From an uncultured Verrucomicrobiae bacterium (GTDB taxonomy: Bacteria; Verrucomicrobiota; Verrucomicrobiia; Opitutales; JABDGR01): 64,000 nucleotides of DNA. Of the stretch, positions 1 through 10,156 are shown piece after piece (the first letter of the stretch is position 1; each line of letters opens with the position of its first letter). The notes under the pieces were generated by a model that saw only the letters and a list, made by a program, of their open reading frames with translations, was not told the origin of the DNA and made no database searches. Both the position numbers and the translations under genes were made by a program. Where the stretch lies: positions 32,001 to 96,000 of the forward strand of contig CAVXVB010000009.1 of the NCBI GenBank assembly GCA_963765205.1. Direction: 5' to 3'.

Positions 1-2051
1 GTCGCGGGCGCAAAGAGTTTGGCGAAGCGGCCTTCATACATGGCGCGGAAGGTCTCGTAATCGGCCAGTTGGGCCTTGCGCACGAAATCCGGGAGGCTCG
101 TCGCCGCGCCGTAACGCGCACCAATGGCGTCCAGATAAAGCGGGGAGCCGCGGCCCCGGCCTTCCTGGGCGCCACGGGTGAGGTCGTGCTCGGCCCAATC
201 GTCGTTGTTCAGCGGCCACCAATCCTTTTCCGGCATCATGGCGTGGATGGATTCCAGCGTGGGGATGGAGACGCTGCCGAGTTCAGTCTTGAATGGCTCC
301 AACGCGCTATCGCGCCCGCTGCCGGAATAGAACAACTCAGGCGCACGCCAGGAATACGGGCCGCCGGAGCGCACGCCCGCGCCGTCATTCGAGTTTGGGT
401 GATAGAGCCGGTTGGGGTCGAGTTCCTTGAACATGGCGGCGAGGCCGTCGGCCAACTCCGGCGGCGACGGGTCGCCCTCGTTGCGCCCGCACCACAGCGC
501 GATGGACGGGTGGTTGCGGTAGCGCAGGACTTTTTCGCGCGCATTGGCGAGGTAGAGCGGGATGTCGTGGATGTCCTGGCTGCCGTCATTCGGGTTGGTG
601 CGCCCGCTGTCGCTCGGGTTGGGTTGGAAAAATTCGTCCCACAACATGATACCGTATTTGTCGCACAGGTCGTAGAAGTCCTCGCTCGTGCTCTGGCCGA
701 CCCAGTTGCGGATCATGGTGTAGTTGGCTTCCTGGTGGTAGCGGATTTGCGCCTCGAGCCGGTCGCGCGGCTCGCGCTTCATCGCCTCGTCCATGCCCCA
801 GTCGCCACCCTTGGCAAACACGGGCACGCCGTTGACGGAGAGCGCCAGATTGTCCGACCCCGGCAGCGCATAAGAAATCTGGCGGATGCCAACGTTGAGG
901 TCGCGCGCGTCCGACGGCGCGCCACCGAGGTCGAAACTCAAATGCAAGGGATACAAATAGGGGTCGCCGTAACCGTTCGGCCACCACAGGTGCGGATTTT
1001 GCAAATGCAGCGCTGGCGTGTTTTCCGGCGAGAGTTTGACGGTCTGCGTCTCTCTGGGCTGGAGCGTGAGCGGCGCGGTCTGGAAGGCGATGTCGCCCAA
1101 CTGGCCGTGCAGCACGCCGGTCTGCGGCGCGTTGGAGACATTTTGCACGGTGGCCTCAATGAATACATCGGCCGAGTCCGTGCGCGGCAGCGGCAGGCGC
1201 GAATACACATAGGGGTCTTGCAGCACGACGGGGCCGGAGGCGGTGAGCGTGACATTTTGCCAGATGCCCGTGTCGCGGTCGCGGATGACGGGAATCCAGT
1301 CCCAGCCCTGCGTGCAAATGAAAGTCGGGCCGTCTTTGGAGAGGATGCCGCCATTGCCGCCAGTGCCGGCCTGTACGGTTTTTTCCGCATGGTCGCTAGG
1401 GTCGGGCGGCGGATTGATTTTCACCGCGAGGGTGGCCATGGCGCCGGGTTTAACCAGCGCGGTCACGTTGAAAGTCCCGCGCGCAAACGCGCCCTTGATC
1501 TCGCCGGCCTTATGCCCGTTGACCCAGACTTCCGCCGTGTAATTGATGCCCGCGAAATTCAGCCAAATCTGCCGGCCCGTAAATTCGCGTGGCACCGCAA
1601 ATTGGGTGCGATACCAATAGGCCATGCGCGAGAGGTATTCCGGGATTTTGTCCGGCCGGTTGTTTTCACCGTAAAGCGGCTCGGGGTAAACACCGTCGTT
1701 GACCAGGCTGGTTAGCACCGTGCCAGGCACCGTGGCCTTATACCATTGGGTCGGCTCGTAGAAAGGGGAGGATATGATCTGGCCTCGATCCTCCGGCCTG
1801 ATGCCCACGTCCACTACTGTGTCGGAGTGGCTTGCCATGACGCCCGCCCCCGGCTGCTCGACGCGCGGCGCGTCCAGCAATTGCCAGCCAGTGGAAAGGC
1901 TGATGGAGCCTTGGGCAAAATTGACCGAGGGTGGAGCGGAGCTGAGGGAGGGGCCTTGGTTGACTGCGCAGCCGCTGAACAGCAGCAGGCCGAGCGCGCC
2001 AACCGCGGTGAAAACGAGGCGATGAAGACCGGGATATTGGGGGGGGATCAT
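1..2051 (-). CDS. Glycoside hydrolase family 2 (exo-beta-glucosaminidase/beta-mannosidase-like) lipoprotein, 3' end runs off the window
   Basis: Own translation from ATG 2051: MIPPQYPGLHRLVFTAVGALGLLLFSGC (lipobox), then ATVPGTVLTSLV, NGVPVFAKGGDWG, MIRNWVG, DFYDLCDKYGIMLWDEF, RHRPSIALWCGRNEG and DFVRKAQLAEYE. The frame is open to the window edge, so it is absent from the ORF track. Confidence 0.88.
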   Translation of the reverse strand, partial: MIPPQYPGLHRLVFTAVGALGLLLFSGCAVNQGPSLSSAPPSVNFAQGSISLSTGWQLLDAPRVEQPGAGVMASHSDTVVDVGIRPEDRGQIISSPFYEPTQWYKATVPGTVLTSLVNDGVYPEPLYGENNRPDKIPEYLSRMAYWYRTQFAVPREFTGRQIWLNFAGINYTAEVWVNGHKAGEIKGAFARGTFNVTALVKPGAMATLAVKINPPPDPSDHAEKTVQAGTGGNGGILSKDGPTFICTQGWDWIPVIRDRDTGIWQNVTLTASGPVVLQDPYVYSRLPLPRTDSADVFIEATVQNVSNAPQTGVLHGQLGDIAFQTAPLTLQPRETQTVKLSPENTPALHLQNPHLWWPNGYGDPYLYPLHLSFDLGGAPSDARDLNVGIRQISYALPGSDNLALSVNGVPVFAKGGDWGMDEAMKREPRDRLEAQIRYHQEANYTMIRNWVGQSTSEDFYDLCDKYGIMLWDEFFQPNPSDSGRTNPNDGSQDIHDIPLYLANAREKVLRYRNHPSIALWCGRNEGDPSPPELADGLAAMFKELDPNRLYHPNSNDGAGVRSGGPYSWRAPELFYSGSGRDSALEPFKTELGSVSIPTLESIHAMMPEKDWWPLNNDDWAEHDLTRGAQEGRGRGSPLYLDAIGARYGAATSLPDFVRKAQLADYETFRAMYEGRFAKLFAPA

Positions 2052-2142
2052 GGAGGGTGGTAACAGGCATTTAAGATGCAAGATTCGTCCTTCGAGAGCC
2101 AAGCCATAACGCTTGGATTGATTCCGAAAAATATTCAATTCA

Positions 2143-3070
2143 TTAATCCAAGGGAATTGCCTTGGAGGGCGTGGGCTGCCCAACGCAGGCACGAGTCATT
2201 AATTGTACTAGAGGTGCGGCGCGCAGGCCCTCCTCCAGCTGCTCGGTCAAAATGGGGATCAATCCAGGATGCGAGCCGAGAGGCTCGGTGAGGGCGATTT
2301 TCAGAGTGGAGTGGCGCGATTGGGCGGCGCGGCAAATTTGTTCGACATCGCCGCCGGGGCCGGCGTGGCGGCCGGGCAGCAAAAACAACCGCGCCACTAT
2401 CACTTCTCCCGACAAAAAATCATGGGTATCGAGGAGCGCGTTAAGCAACGGTTCGTTGAACGCAAATTCCGGGCCGGGCCGCCGCTCCATCGAGCAAGCT
2501 GCGACTGTGCGCGCGAAGTCGCCGAGCAGTTCACGCAGTTGCGCCGCGACCAATTCGCGCACGGCGTGGACCGCGTGTTGCGCCGTGCCGTGGTCCACCA
2601 CCGCGACCGCGGGTTTGGGGAAATTATTTTCCGCTGCTGCGGCGCGCACACGATCCGCAAGCAGCCCAGCTACGCGCTGGTCGCCGGGTTGCGCGGCGTC
2701 CACCAGGCAGGGGGCGAGGCGCACGCGCAAGCCGGGCCAGGACTGGCGCAAGTGGCGCACGCGTTCGGGCACATAATTGAGCAAGGCGGCGCTGGGGCCG
2801 ATAAACAGAGGCAGGATCACCACGTTGAATTGTCTGGCTCTGGCCAGTGCGCGCAACGCCGGTTCCAATATTTCCGCGGGCATTCCGCCGAGCAACGCGG
2901 GGGCGATGGCGCTGGAATGGAGCAGTGAAACCGGCCGCACCACACGCCCGGTTGCCTTGGCACACTGCGCGGCCAGCGTGCGCAAGGCAAGCGTCGCCGC
3001 CGGCCTCGAGCGAGCCATTGTCCAGGAGCAGCACGACGGGCGGCGGGATGGTGGACGGCAGGTGAGACAT
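2143..3070 (-). CDS. CbiX/SirB-family sirohydrochlorin chelatase, with an apparent 1-nt frameshift near 3004
   Basis: The N-terminus VVLLLDNGSLE (ORF 2624..3070) joins PAATLALRTLA (ORF 2143..3018) if one G is removed. Motifs SLLHSS, LPLFIGPS, VVDHGT and LFLLPGRHAG are present. Confidence 0.75.
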
Positions 3071-3096
3071 GATTAGGCTTGGCCCGGCGGGTGCTG

Positions 3097-3112
3097 TGGC
3101 ATAATAATTGCG
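3097..3112 (+). promoter_or_regulatory. Putative sigma54 (-24/-12) promoter for the OmpA/Pal gene
   Basis: TGGCATAATAATTGCG has GG-N10-GC spacing and lies 65 nt upstream of ATG 3177. Confidence 0.5.
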
Positions 3113-3176
3113 TGAAATTACTTGCGCGGCCCCGCCTTTTGAGGCTACTTAACCTCTTTATAAACACACTTTTCCC

Positions 3177-3908
3177 ATGCGCAAACCTTCCCATGTCTCC
3201 TTCGCCCTCCTTCTCACGCTTTCTTTGCTGACTGGCTGTGCCAGCAAGATGCAAGGCCCCGCCAAGCCGGATACGCTGACGCCCGTTGGCGCGGGCAACA
3301 ATACGCCGGCCTATCGCCCACCCTCCACTTTTTCGGACGTTAATAACAATGCCCCGACGGTTTCCGAACCGATTACCCCCGCCCTCAATGACTCGACCGG
3401 CCTCACCGAGCGGGCGGACAACCTGCCCAAAATTGACTGGGATCACCCGCCGGCGGAGTTGGTCATGGCTACTGTGTATTTTGGCTTTGACCAGTTTAAT
3501 CTCACCAGCAACGACCCGGTCACCCACGCCAACGACCAAGACTTGATGGCGACCGTGGCCAAAGCCCTTGCCGCCGCCCCGACCATGCACGTGGTCGCTG
3601 TCGGCCATTGCGACTGGTATGGTTCCGACCAATACAATCTTGCGCTTAGCGACCGGCGTTCGAACACGGCCAAGGGCTACCTCACGCAATCGGGTGCCGG
3701 AGCCGGGCAAACGGATATTCTCGCCCGCGGCAAATACGGCGCTACGCCCGATGTGAAAAAGAATTCGCCCGAGGCCATGCATGACCGCCGCGTGGACATT
3801 GTGAAAGTTCCCGCAGGGGCCACGCTTCCGCTGGGCGCGCCACCCGTGGCCGGCTCTGCTCCCGCCGCGGCCAGCTCGGCAGCCTCTGCTCCGGCGGCCA
3901 CGCCGTAA
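3177..3908 (+). CDS. OmpA-family peptidoglycan-associated lipoprotein (Pal-like)
   Basis: Lipobox LLTGC; TVYFGFDQF, VGHCDWYGSDQYNLALSDRR and DRRVDI motifs; Ala/Pro/Ser-rich tail. Confidence 0.88.
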   Translation: MRKPSHVSFALLLTLSLLTGCASKMQGPAKPDTLTPVGAGNNTPAYRPPSTFSDVNNNAPTVSEPITPALNDSTGLTERADNLPKIDWDHPPAELVMATVYFGFDQFNLTSNDPVTHANDQDLMATVAKALAAAPTMHVVAVGHCDWYGSDQYNLALSDRRSNTAKGYLTQSGAGAGQTDILARGKYGATPDVKKNSPEAMHDRRVDIVKVPAGATLPLGAPPVAGSAPAAASSAASAPAATP

Positions 3909-3916
3909 GCCCAAGG

Positions 3917-4786
3917 CTACGCCCGCCAAGCGAAGAAGAACCGGTCGCGGTTGGAGAGGTCGTGTGCGCTCTCCCTGCGCGGATACGCCGGTTTGCCATC
4001 CATCTGGGTTAATGCGGCGATGTTCCCCAACGCGGCATGATGGCCTGGCCCAGTCTCCAGCGCCAGCAAACCACCGGCAGCCAACCGGGTGGGAGCGCCT
4101 TCGAGAATGGCGCGCAAATCGGCCAACCCGCCTTCTGCGGAGACCAAGGCGGCGCGCGGCTCCCAATCGCGCACTTCCGGCGCGGCGGCGGCCCATTCCT
4201 CCTCGGATAGATAGGGCGGGTTGGCCACGATAAGGTCAAAATTTTCCAACCCTGCCGTAAAAACCGCCGGCCAGCCGGTGGGCAAGAACCGAATGCGTTC
4301 CGCCAGGCCCAGCGCGCCCGCATTGGCCTGCGCGAGGGCGAGGGCATCGTCGATGGCATCCATCGCTGTCACCCGGCACTCCGGCCAGCGCCGGGCCAGC
4401 GCAAGGGCCAGCACGCCGGTGCCCGTGCCTAAGTCCAGGGCGGAGGCAGGTGGGGCGGGCAAGCGCTGGAAGATTTGTTCGGCCAGCTCCTCGGTTTCCG
4501 GTCGGGGGATGAGGGCGCGGCGGTCGCAGGCGACCTCAAAATCCAGAAACCCCGCGCGCCCGGCGATGTATTGGAGGGGTTCGTGCCGGCCCCGGCGGGC
4601 GACCTGTTCGCGCAGGGGAGCCAATTGGACCTCGGCCAGGGGCTGGTCGAAGCGCAGATACAAATCCAGCCGCCGGCAGCCCAGTGCCTGGGCCAGCAAC
4701 AGCTCAGCCTCGAGCCGGGAGGAGGGGATTTCCTTGCGCGCCAGGAACTCGGCGGTTTTTTGCAGGACTTCGAGGACGATGGGCAT
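3917..4786 (-). CDS. prmC: Release factor N5-glutamine methyltransferase
   Basis: EPLQYI, ALIPRPETEEL, LDLGTGTG and IVANPPY motifs; start MPIVLEVL at 4786. Confidence 0.93.
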   Translation of the reverse strand: MPIVLEVLQKTAEFLARKEIPSSRLEAELLLAQALGCRRLDLYLRFDQPLAEVQLAPLREQVARRGRHEPLQYIAGRAGFLDFEVACDRRALIPRPETEELAEQIFQRLPAPPASALDLGTGTGVLALALARRWPECRVTAMDAIDDALALAQANAGALGLAERIRFLPTGWPAVFTAGLENFDLIVANPPYLSEEEWAAAAPEVRDWEPRAALVSAEGGLADLRAILEGAPTRLAAGGLLALETGPGHHAALGNIAALTQMDGKPAYPRRESAHDLSNRDRFFFAWRA

Positions 4787-4891
4787 GGCAAGAAAATAGG
4801 CTTTTCGTCGGGGCCTTTTTGCATCATATTCGTCCAACAAGCAACCTCCCAGCCCGATTTCGCCCGGCTGGGCCAACCCGGAGCCACACCC

Positions 4892-6061
4892 ATGAGCATG
4901 ATGACACCCGCGGCGACGGCGCCCGCCCTCGCCGGCAAAAACGCGCCGAAGAAATTATCATTCGCGGAGCGCCAGGCGCTCGCCCGGCAGAAAAAATACG
5001 AGCGGGATGCGCATCGCAAGCAGATCAAGTTGATGGAAATCACCGTCTTCACCCAGCAGTTGTCCTCGATGCTGGAAGCCGGCCTGCCCCTGGTCAGCGC
5101 GCTCGAGGCCCTGATGGAGCAGACGGAAAACCCGATCTTCAAGGTCATCATCCGGGAAGTGCGCAATGATATTTCCGGCGGCACGACCTTTTCCGGCGCG
5201 GTGCGCAAGTTCCCCAACGCGTTTCCAAACCTTTTCATCAGCATGGTGGAAGCCGGCGAGGCCTCGGGCGCGCTGGCCGACATCATGGGCAAGGTGGCCA
5301 TGTATTTTGAAAGCTCCCTCAAGCTCCAGAAAAAGGTCAAAAGCGCGATGACCTACCCCATTGCCGTCATCACCATGGCCTGTTTGCTCGTGTCCGTGCT
5401 GCTCATCAAGGTCATCCCGGTGTTCAAGGACATGTTTTCCAGCTTTGGCGCCAAGCTGCCCGCGCCGACCCAGTTCCTCATTGACTTGAGCGACTTCCTC
5501 GCCTCGTGGTGGTGGGCCATTCTGGGCGGGCTGTATATCACTTTCCAACTCTACAAGCGCTTCACTTCGACGCCGCGCGGGCGCGAGATCAAGCACCGCG
5601 TGTTTGCCCGGCTGCCCATCATCGGCAACCTGACGCGCAAGATCAACGTGTCGCGCTTCTGCCGCACCTACGCCATTCTGCTGAAGTCCGGCGTGCCCAT
5701 CCTGCGCTCCATCGAGATTTGCTCGAAGGCCTCGGACAACATCTTCATCGAGCAGGCCTGCGTCGCCATCAACCGCACGGTGTCCTCCGGCGGCCAGCTC
5801 TCGGAAGTCATCGCCACCCAGGTCTACTTCCCCAACACCGTGCGCCACATGATGAAGGCCGGCGAACAAACCGGCAACGTGGACGGCATGATGAACAAAG
5901 TCGCCGACTACTACGACAACGAGATCAACAACGTCGTCGCCTCGCTCACCTCACTGATGGAGCCGTTCCTGATTTGCTTCCTGGGCGTCGTCATCGGCGG
6001 CATCGTCATGGCGATGTTCATGCCCATCTTCCAGCTCTCCAACGTTGCGGGCGGGCCGTAA
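4892..6061 (+). CDS. pilC: Type IV pilus/T2SS inner-membrane platform protein (PilC/GspF family)
   Basis: FTQQLSSMLEAGLPL, MVEAGEASGAL, KVKSAMTYP, LLKSGVPIL, GEQTG and SLMEPFLI motifs. Confidence 0.9.
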   Translation: MSMMTPAATAPALAGKNAPKKLSFAERQALARQKKYERDAHRKQIKLMEITVFTQQLSSMLEAGLPLVSALEALMEQTENPIFKVIIREVRNDISGGTTFSGAVRKFPNAFPNLFISMVEAGEASGALADIMGKVAMYFESSLKLQKKVKSAMTYPIAVITMACLLVSVLLIKVIPVFKDMFSSFGAKLPAPTQFLIDLSDFLASWWWAILGGLYITFQLYKRFTSTPRGREIKHRVFARLPIIGNLTRKINVSRFCRTYAILLKSGVPILRSIEICSKASDNIFIEQACVAINRTVSSGGQLSEVIATQVYFPNTVRHMMKAGEQTGNVDGMMNKVADYYDNEINNVVASLTSLMEPFLICFLGVVIGGIVMAMFMPIFQLSNVAGGP

Positions 6062-6082
6062 ACGCGGGGCGGGCGCTGTGCT

Positions 6083-7489
6083 TTATTTCTTCAGCGCCTC
6101 CGCGCATTCCTCGAGCGGGTAGGTCCAGATTTCCGAGAGGGTGGGGTGATACCAGTGGGCGCGCAGGAGGTCGTATAGGGTGGCTTGGAGCGGGAGCGCG
6201 ACGGCGGGAGCGTGGATGAGTTCGGAGGCGTCGCGGCCCACGCACTCCGCGCCGAGCAGGCGACCATCGGGCCGGCGCGCGTAGATTTTCACGTAGCCGC
6301 GCTTGGCTTCCATCAGGATGGATTTGCCGTGGTCGTCGAAGGGGTAGGACGCCGTGACATAATCCACGCCTTGCGCGCGCAATTCCTTTTCGGAATAGCC
6401 CGCGGTGGCCACCTGCGGGTCGGTGAAGACGATTTTCACCAGATGCGCGAAATTGACGGGCGACGCGGGCTGGCCGAGCGCGTGGCGCGCGGCGATTTCA
6501 CCTTGAAGAATGGCGACGTGGACGATTTCGTGCGGCCCGGCGCAATCGCCGGCGGCGTAAATCGCCGGATTGCTCGTGCGTTGGAACTCGTCGGTGGCCA
6601 CATGGCCGCTGGGCTTGAGGGCAACGCCCGTGATGTCAAGGCCGAGGCCGCTCGTGGCGGGCTCGCGGCCGAGGGCGTTGAACAACGCGGCGGCCTCGCG
6701 GGTCACCGTTTTCCCCTCGTGCATGAAAGTCACCCGCGCGCCACCCTTGGCCAGGGGCGAAATTTCCTCGATGTGCGTGCCGGTGAAAACCTCCAGGCCT
6801 TCGTCGCGCAGCGCCTGCTCGACGACGGTGGCGGCCCCGGCGCTGTGTTCTTTAAGAATGTGCGGGCTGCGTTGAATGAGGGTCACTTGGCTGCCGATGC
6901 GTTGGAGAAATTGCGCGAGTTCGCACGCCACCACGCCGCCGCCGAGGACGATGACCGATTCCGGCCAGCGCTCCAAGCCGAGCACGTCGTCGCTGGTGAG
7001 CGCGTTGACTTGGTCGAGGCCGCGCAGCGGCGGGCGGCTGATGACCGAGCCGGTGGCGACCAGAAAATGCCCGCCGGCGAGCACCGTGCCATCGGCGAGC
7101 GTGAGTTCGCGTGGGCCAGTGAAGCGCGCGCGCTGGCGGAATAAATCAAAGCGGCCTGATTCGAGTTGCCGCACGCGGCAGTCGGCAAATTCGGCGATGA
7201 CGCGGCGTTTGCGGGCCTGCACGGCGGCGAAGTCCGCCTTTGCGGTTGGGATGTCGAGGCCGAAAAGTGCGCCGTGTTGGGCGAGGTGCAGCACCTCGGC
7301 GGAATAAATGAGCGTCTTCGATGGCATGCAGCCGCGCAGGATGCACAGGCCGCCCAGCTCGGCCGCGCCGTCCACGATGGCGACGCGCGCGCCGGCGTCG
7401 CGGGCGGTGCGCGCCCCGGCGTAACCGGCGCTGCCGCCGCCGACGACAATGAAATCATAATGCTGCGGCTTGTTTTCTTTTCTGTCCAT
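6083..7489 (-). CDS. Pyridine nucleotide-disulfide oxidoreductase (dihydrolipoyl dehydrogenase-like)
   Basis: GGGSAG FAD motif, GGLCILRGCMPSK redox disulfide, IYAAGD and a C-terminal HPTLSE; no MerA-type C-terminal Cys pair. Confidence 0.88.
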   Translation of the reverse strand: MDRKENKPQHYDFIVVGGGSAGYAGARTARDAGARVAIVDGAAELGGLCILRGCMPSKTLIYSAEVLHLAQHGALFGLDIPTAKADFAAVQARKRRVIAEFADCRVRQLESGRFDLFRQRARFTGPRELTLADGTVLAGGHFLVATGSVISRPPLRGLDQVNALTSDDVLGLERWPESVIVLGGGVVACELAQFLQRIGSQVTLIQRSPHILKEHSAGAATVVEQALRDEGLEVFTGTHIEEISPLAKGGARVTFMHEGKTVTREAAALFNALGREPATSGLGLDITGVALKPSGHVATDEFQRTSNPAIYAAGDCAGPHEIVHVAILQGEIAARHALGQPASPVNFAHLVKIVFTDPQVATAGYSEKELRAQGVDYVTASYPFDDHGKSILMEAKRGYVKIYARRPDGRLLGAECVGRDASELIHAPAVALPLQATLYDLLRAHWYHPTLSEIWTYPLEECAEALKK

Positions 7490-7533
7490 GGGTGGCGGAA
7501 AATGTTAGAAAATTCAACCTGAATCCCCCCAGC

Positions 7534-9144
7534 ATGAAGCCCGGCCTCAAAAACACAAGTGCGCGCAACCATCGTGCCAGGGGACTGCGCCTGTTTTTTT
7601 TTGGCGCAGCGTGGCTGGGGGTGGTGGCGCAAACCGCGGCGAATGCTCCTGCGGCCGCCGCCGGGGCGTTGCCACCCGCCGCCAAGTATGATTTTCGCAA
7701 TCCGCCCCAAGGCGTGTTCGACGATGAATGGGTCGAGATTTTCATGAGCGGCCAGAAGGTCGGCTACGGCCACCAGTTTTACAAGCGCACGGGCGACCTC
7801 ATTGAATGCGTGCAGCACCAGGAGTTTCACCTCCTGCGCCAGGAAAGCGCCATCACCATGACGGAGGACGAGACCAGCACGGAGACGCTCGACGGCCAGC
7901 CGCGCTCCTTCCATAGCTATGCCGATCTCGGCGACGCGCCGACCACCGTGGACGGCCATGGCGACGGCCACACCTTCACCATCTCGGTGCAGCAGGGCGC
8001 CTTCCGCCAGGAGCAGCAGGTGACCTTTCCCCAGGGCACGCTGATGACCTGGGGCATGGAGCGGCTCAGCCGCATCAAGGGCCTCGCGTCCGGCACCAAT
8101 TATGATTTCTTGTCCTATGATCCTTCGGCCGACGCCTTTGCGCCGCTGGCCGCGCACGCCGCCAACGGCGCGCGGGCGCCGGTGCCCATCCGCGGCCAGA
8201 CGGTCACCGCCACGCCGGTCAGCCTGCATCTGACCTCGCAGAACGGCCTCGGCAGCACCGACGCCGTGTCCTGGGTGGATGCCGACGACCGCACGGTGAA
8301 AACCTCGCTGCCCATGGGGGCGTTGTCCATGGACTTGGTGGCTGCAACGGAAGCGGAGGCGCGGGCGGATTACCTGCCGCACGATATTTTTACCGCCTCG
8401 CTGATCACCCTCGACCAGCCCCTCCCGACGGACGCCGGGACCATCACCGTGCGGCTGCGCCGCACGGATGGCCAGCCGCTGCCGCCGTTGCCCGAGTCGG
8501 CGATGGAGCGCGGCGCGGTGCTGGGCGACGGCAGCGTGCGCCTCACCCTCACGCGGCCCGAACTGGCCCGGCAACAGGCCGCCGCCGCGCCCGGCCCCGC
8601 GCTGGCCGACCCGGCGACTTACCTCGCGCGCAACTCCTGCCTCGATACCAGCGACCCGCTGGTGCGCCAGCTCGCCGCCCAGGCCGGCGGCCCGGTGGAC
8701 ACCCCGCCCAAGGTGCTCGCCGGGAAATTGCGTGATTTTGTGGCCAGCTACATTGACAAGAAGGACATGAGCGTGGGCTTCGGCACGGCGACGGAGACGG
8801 CCAAGAGCCGCGAGGGCGATTGCACGGAGCACGCCGTGCTGCTGGCCGCGCTGGCGCGGGTGCGCGGGTTGCCCGCGCGGGTGGCCAGCGGCCTGGTCTA
8901 TATGCCGCATTATGACGGGCAGGACAATGTCCTCGGCTTCCACATGTGGGCGCAATTTTATCTGGACGGGCACTGGGAGGATTACGACGCCGCGCTGACC
9001 GACGGAACGACGCCGTATTGGCGGCTGGGTTTCGTCGCCACCGACCTCAACGACGTTTCGATGTCCGATTTCACGATGCAATTGACGCGTTGGATGGCGG
9101 ATTTGAAGATTACGGTCGAGTCGAGCACGCCGGCGGGGAAGTGA
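7534..9144 (+). CDS. Secreted transglutaminase-like (papain-fold) protein
   Basis: Signal-like N-terminus; EGDCTEHAVLLAALAR..GLPARVASGL, FHMWAQFY and WEDYDA supply the Cys-His-Asp triad. Confidence 0.85.
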   Translation: MKPGLKNTSARNHRARGLRLFFFGAAWLGVVAQTAANAPAAAAGALPPAAKYDFRNPPQGVFDDEWVEIFMSGQKVGYGHQFYKRTGDLIECVQHQEFHLLRQESAITMTEDETSTETLDGQPRSFHSYADLGDAPTTVDGHGDGHTFTISVQQGAFRQEQQVTFPQGTLMTWGMERLSRIKGLASGTNYDFLSYDPSADAFAPLAAHAANGARAPVPIRGQTVTATPVSLHLTSQNGLGSTDAVSWVDADDRTVKTSLPMGALSMDLVAATEAEARADYLPHDIFTASLITLDQPLPTDAGTITVRLRRTDGQPLPPLPESAMERGAVLGDGSVRLTLTRPELARQQAAAAPGPALADPATYLARNSCLDTSDPLVRQLAAQAGGPVDTPPKVLAGKLRDFVASYIDKKDMSVGFGTATETAKSREGDCTEHAVLLAALARVRGLPARVASGLVYMPHYDGQDNVLGFHMWAQFYLDGHWEDYDAALTDGTTPYWRLGFVATDLNDVSMSDFTMQLTRWMADLKITVESSTPAGK

Positions 9145-9330
9145 GGGGGGAGGGGGGGAGGCAGAGGGGCAAAAGAGCGGAGGCGCAGGGACAGAGGGAC
9201 AAAGAGACAGAGGGAGGATTTCACCGCGAGGGTGAGGAGAATACAAAAAAGAAAACCACGGAGGGCACGGAGGACACGGAGGGCGGAGATTTATCGCGCA
9301 AAGGCGCAGGGGCGCGAAGGATGAATCGCG
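9145..9330. repeat. Intergenic cluster of 8- and 9-bp short tandem repeats
   Basis: ACAGAGGG-ACAAAGAG-ACAGAGGG, CACGGAGGG-CACGGAGGA-CACGGAGGG and CGCAAAGG-CGCAGGGG-CGCGAAGG lie between convergent genes. Confidence 0.7.
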
Positions 9331-9352
9331 GGGGGCGACGCAAGCAACGAGC

Positions 9353-10123
9353 TTACCCTGTCTGGCGCCAGCGGCCGGGGGCGGGGTGCTCGAGCAGGCC
9401 GGCGTCACGGAGGTTTTGCAATTGCTGGCGGATTTTGTCGCGAATGTGGCGATTGCCGGGGTGCAGTTTTTCGAACTGCGGCGCGAGGGCGTAGAGGTCC
9501 TGGTTGGAAAATTCGGGTTTGTGCAGGGAGCGAACCGCGGTAAGGACCTCCAGCGTCCAGCCGCGTTCAGCTACGGATAATTCCTTGAGGGGCAGAACCC
9601 GGCGATAATTTGTTCGCACCTCTTCTTCGGGAATAATGCGGCTTTCGTGGACAATCGCAATGCGCGCTTCAGCGGGAATTCGATTAAGGGCAATGTTGCA
9701 ACCGATCCAGCCGGCCCGGCGCGCGGTGGGTGATAGCGGTTTTCGTTCAATAATCGCGGAGGACGGAAAAGCAAAATGCGGAATGAGCAGCAAGTTTTTT
9801 ATGCTCCAGGCCGGAAGTTCATATTGGAGGAAATAAAAATTCGGGGTGCGGTCATGTGCGATGGAATCCATCATCGCCTGATAGGCTCCGTCGTTGACGT
9901 TATTTCCAAACCGGGACTTTTGACTTTTCAATTGATACCATGCACCACAAGCCGGACATTTGTAATCCATCGCTTTGGAATTATGCCGCAGCCGGTCCAA
10001 TTTTGGCGACGGGCAATTGGGACAATAGAGATTGTGCTCGCCCCACGATTCCGTGACCACCCGCGCTTGCTGCGCGCCGCTTTTATAATCGGCGGCAAGT
10101 TGGCTGGTCATCGACAGATTCAT
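9353..10123 (-). CDS. DpnI-like / Dam-replacing (DRP) family modification-dependent restriction endonuclease
   Basis: YKSGAQQARVVTESW, two CxxC motifs (CPNC, CPAC), D..QLKS catalytic motif, DGAYQAM, RKPLSPTARRAGWIGCNI, and the C-terminal winged-helix signature HPGNRHIRDKIRQQLQNLRDAG. Confidence 0.9.
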   Translation of the reverse strand: MNLSMTSQLAADYKSGAQQARVVTESWGEHNLYCPNCPSPKLDRLRHNSKAMDYKCPACGAWYQLKSQKSRFGNNVNDGAYQAMMDSIAHDRTPNFYFLQYELPAWSIKNLLLIPHFAFPSSAIIERKPLSPTARRAGWIGCNIALNRIPAEARIAIVHESRIIPEEEVRTNYRRVLPLKELSVAERGWTLEVLTAVRSLHKPEFSNQDLYALAPQFEKLHPGNRHIRDKIRQQLQNLRDAGLLEHPAPGRWRQTG

Positions 10124-10156
10124 CGGGGCTGAATAGATCAGCGCCCGATGATCGCA

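Noticed and set aside
69..1715. 548-aa plus-strand ORF
   Set aside because: Antisense shadow of the GH2 gene, with no recognisable motifs.
6083..7489. Mercuric reductase MerA
   Set aside because: No C-terminal Cys-Cys pair and no mer genes; the HPTLSE ending fits Lpd-like enzymes.
6883..9408. 841-aa minus-strand ORF and similar long Arg/Ala-rich ORFs (e.g. 24906..26138, 41547..43127, 55858..57165)
   Set aside because: Shadow frames of well-supported genes, as expected in high-GC DNA.
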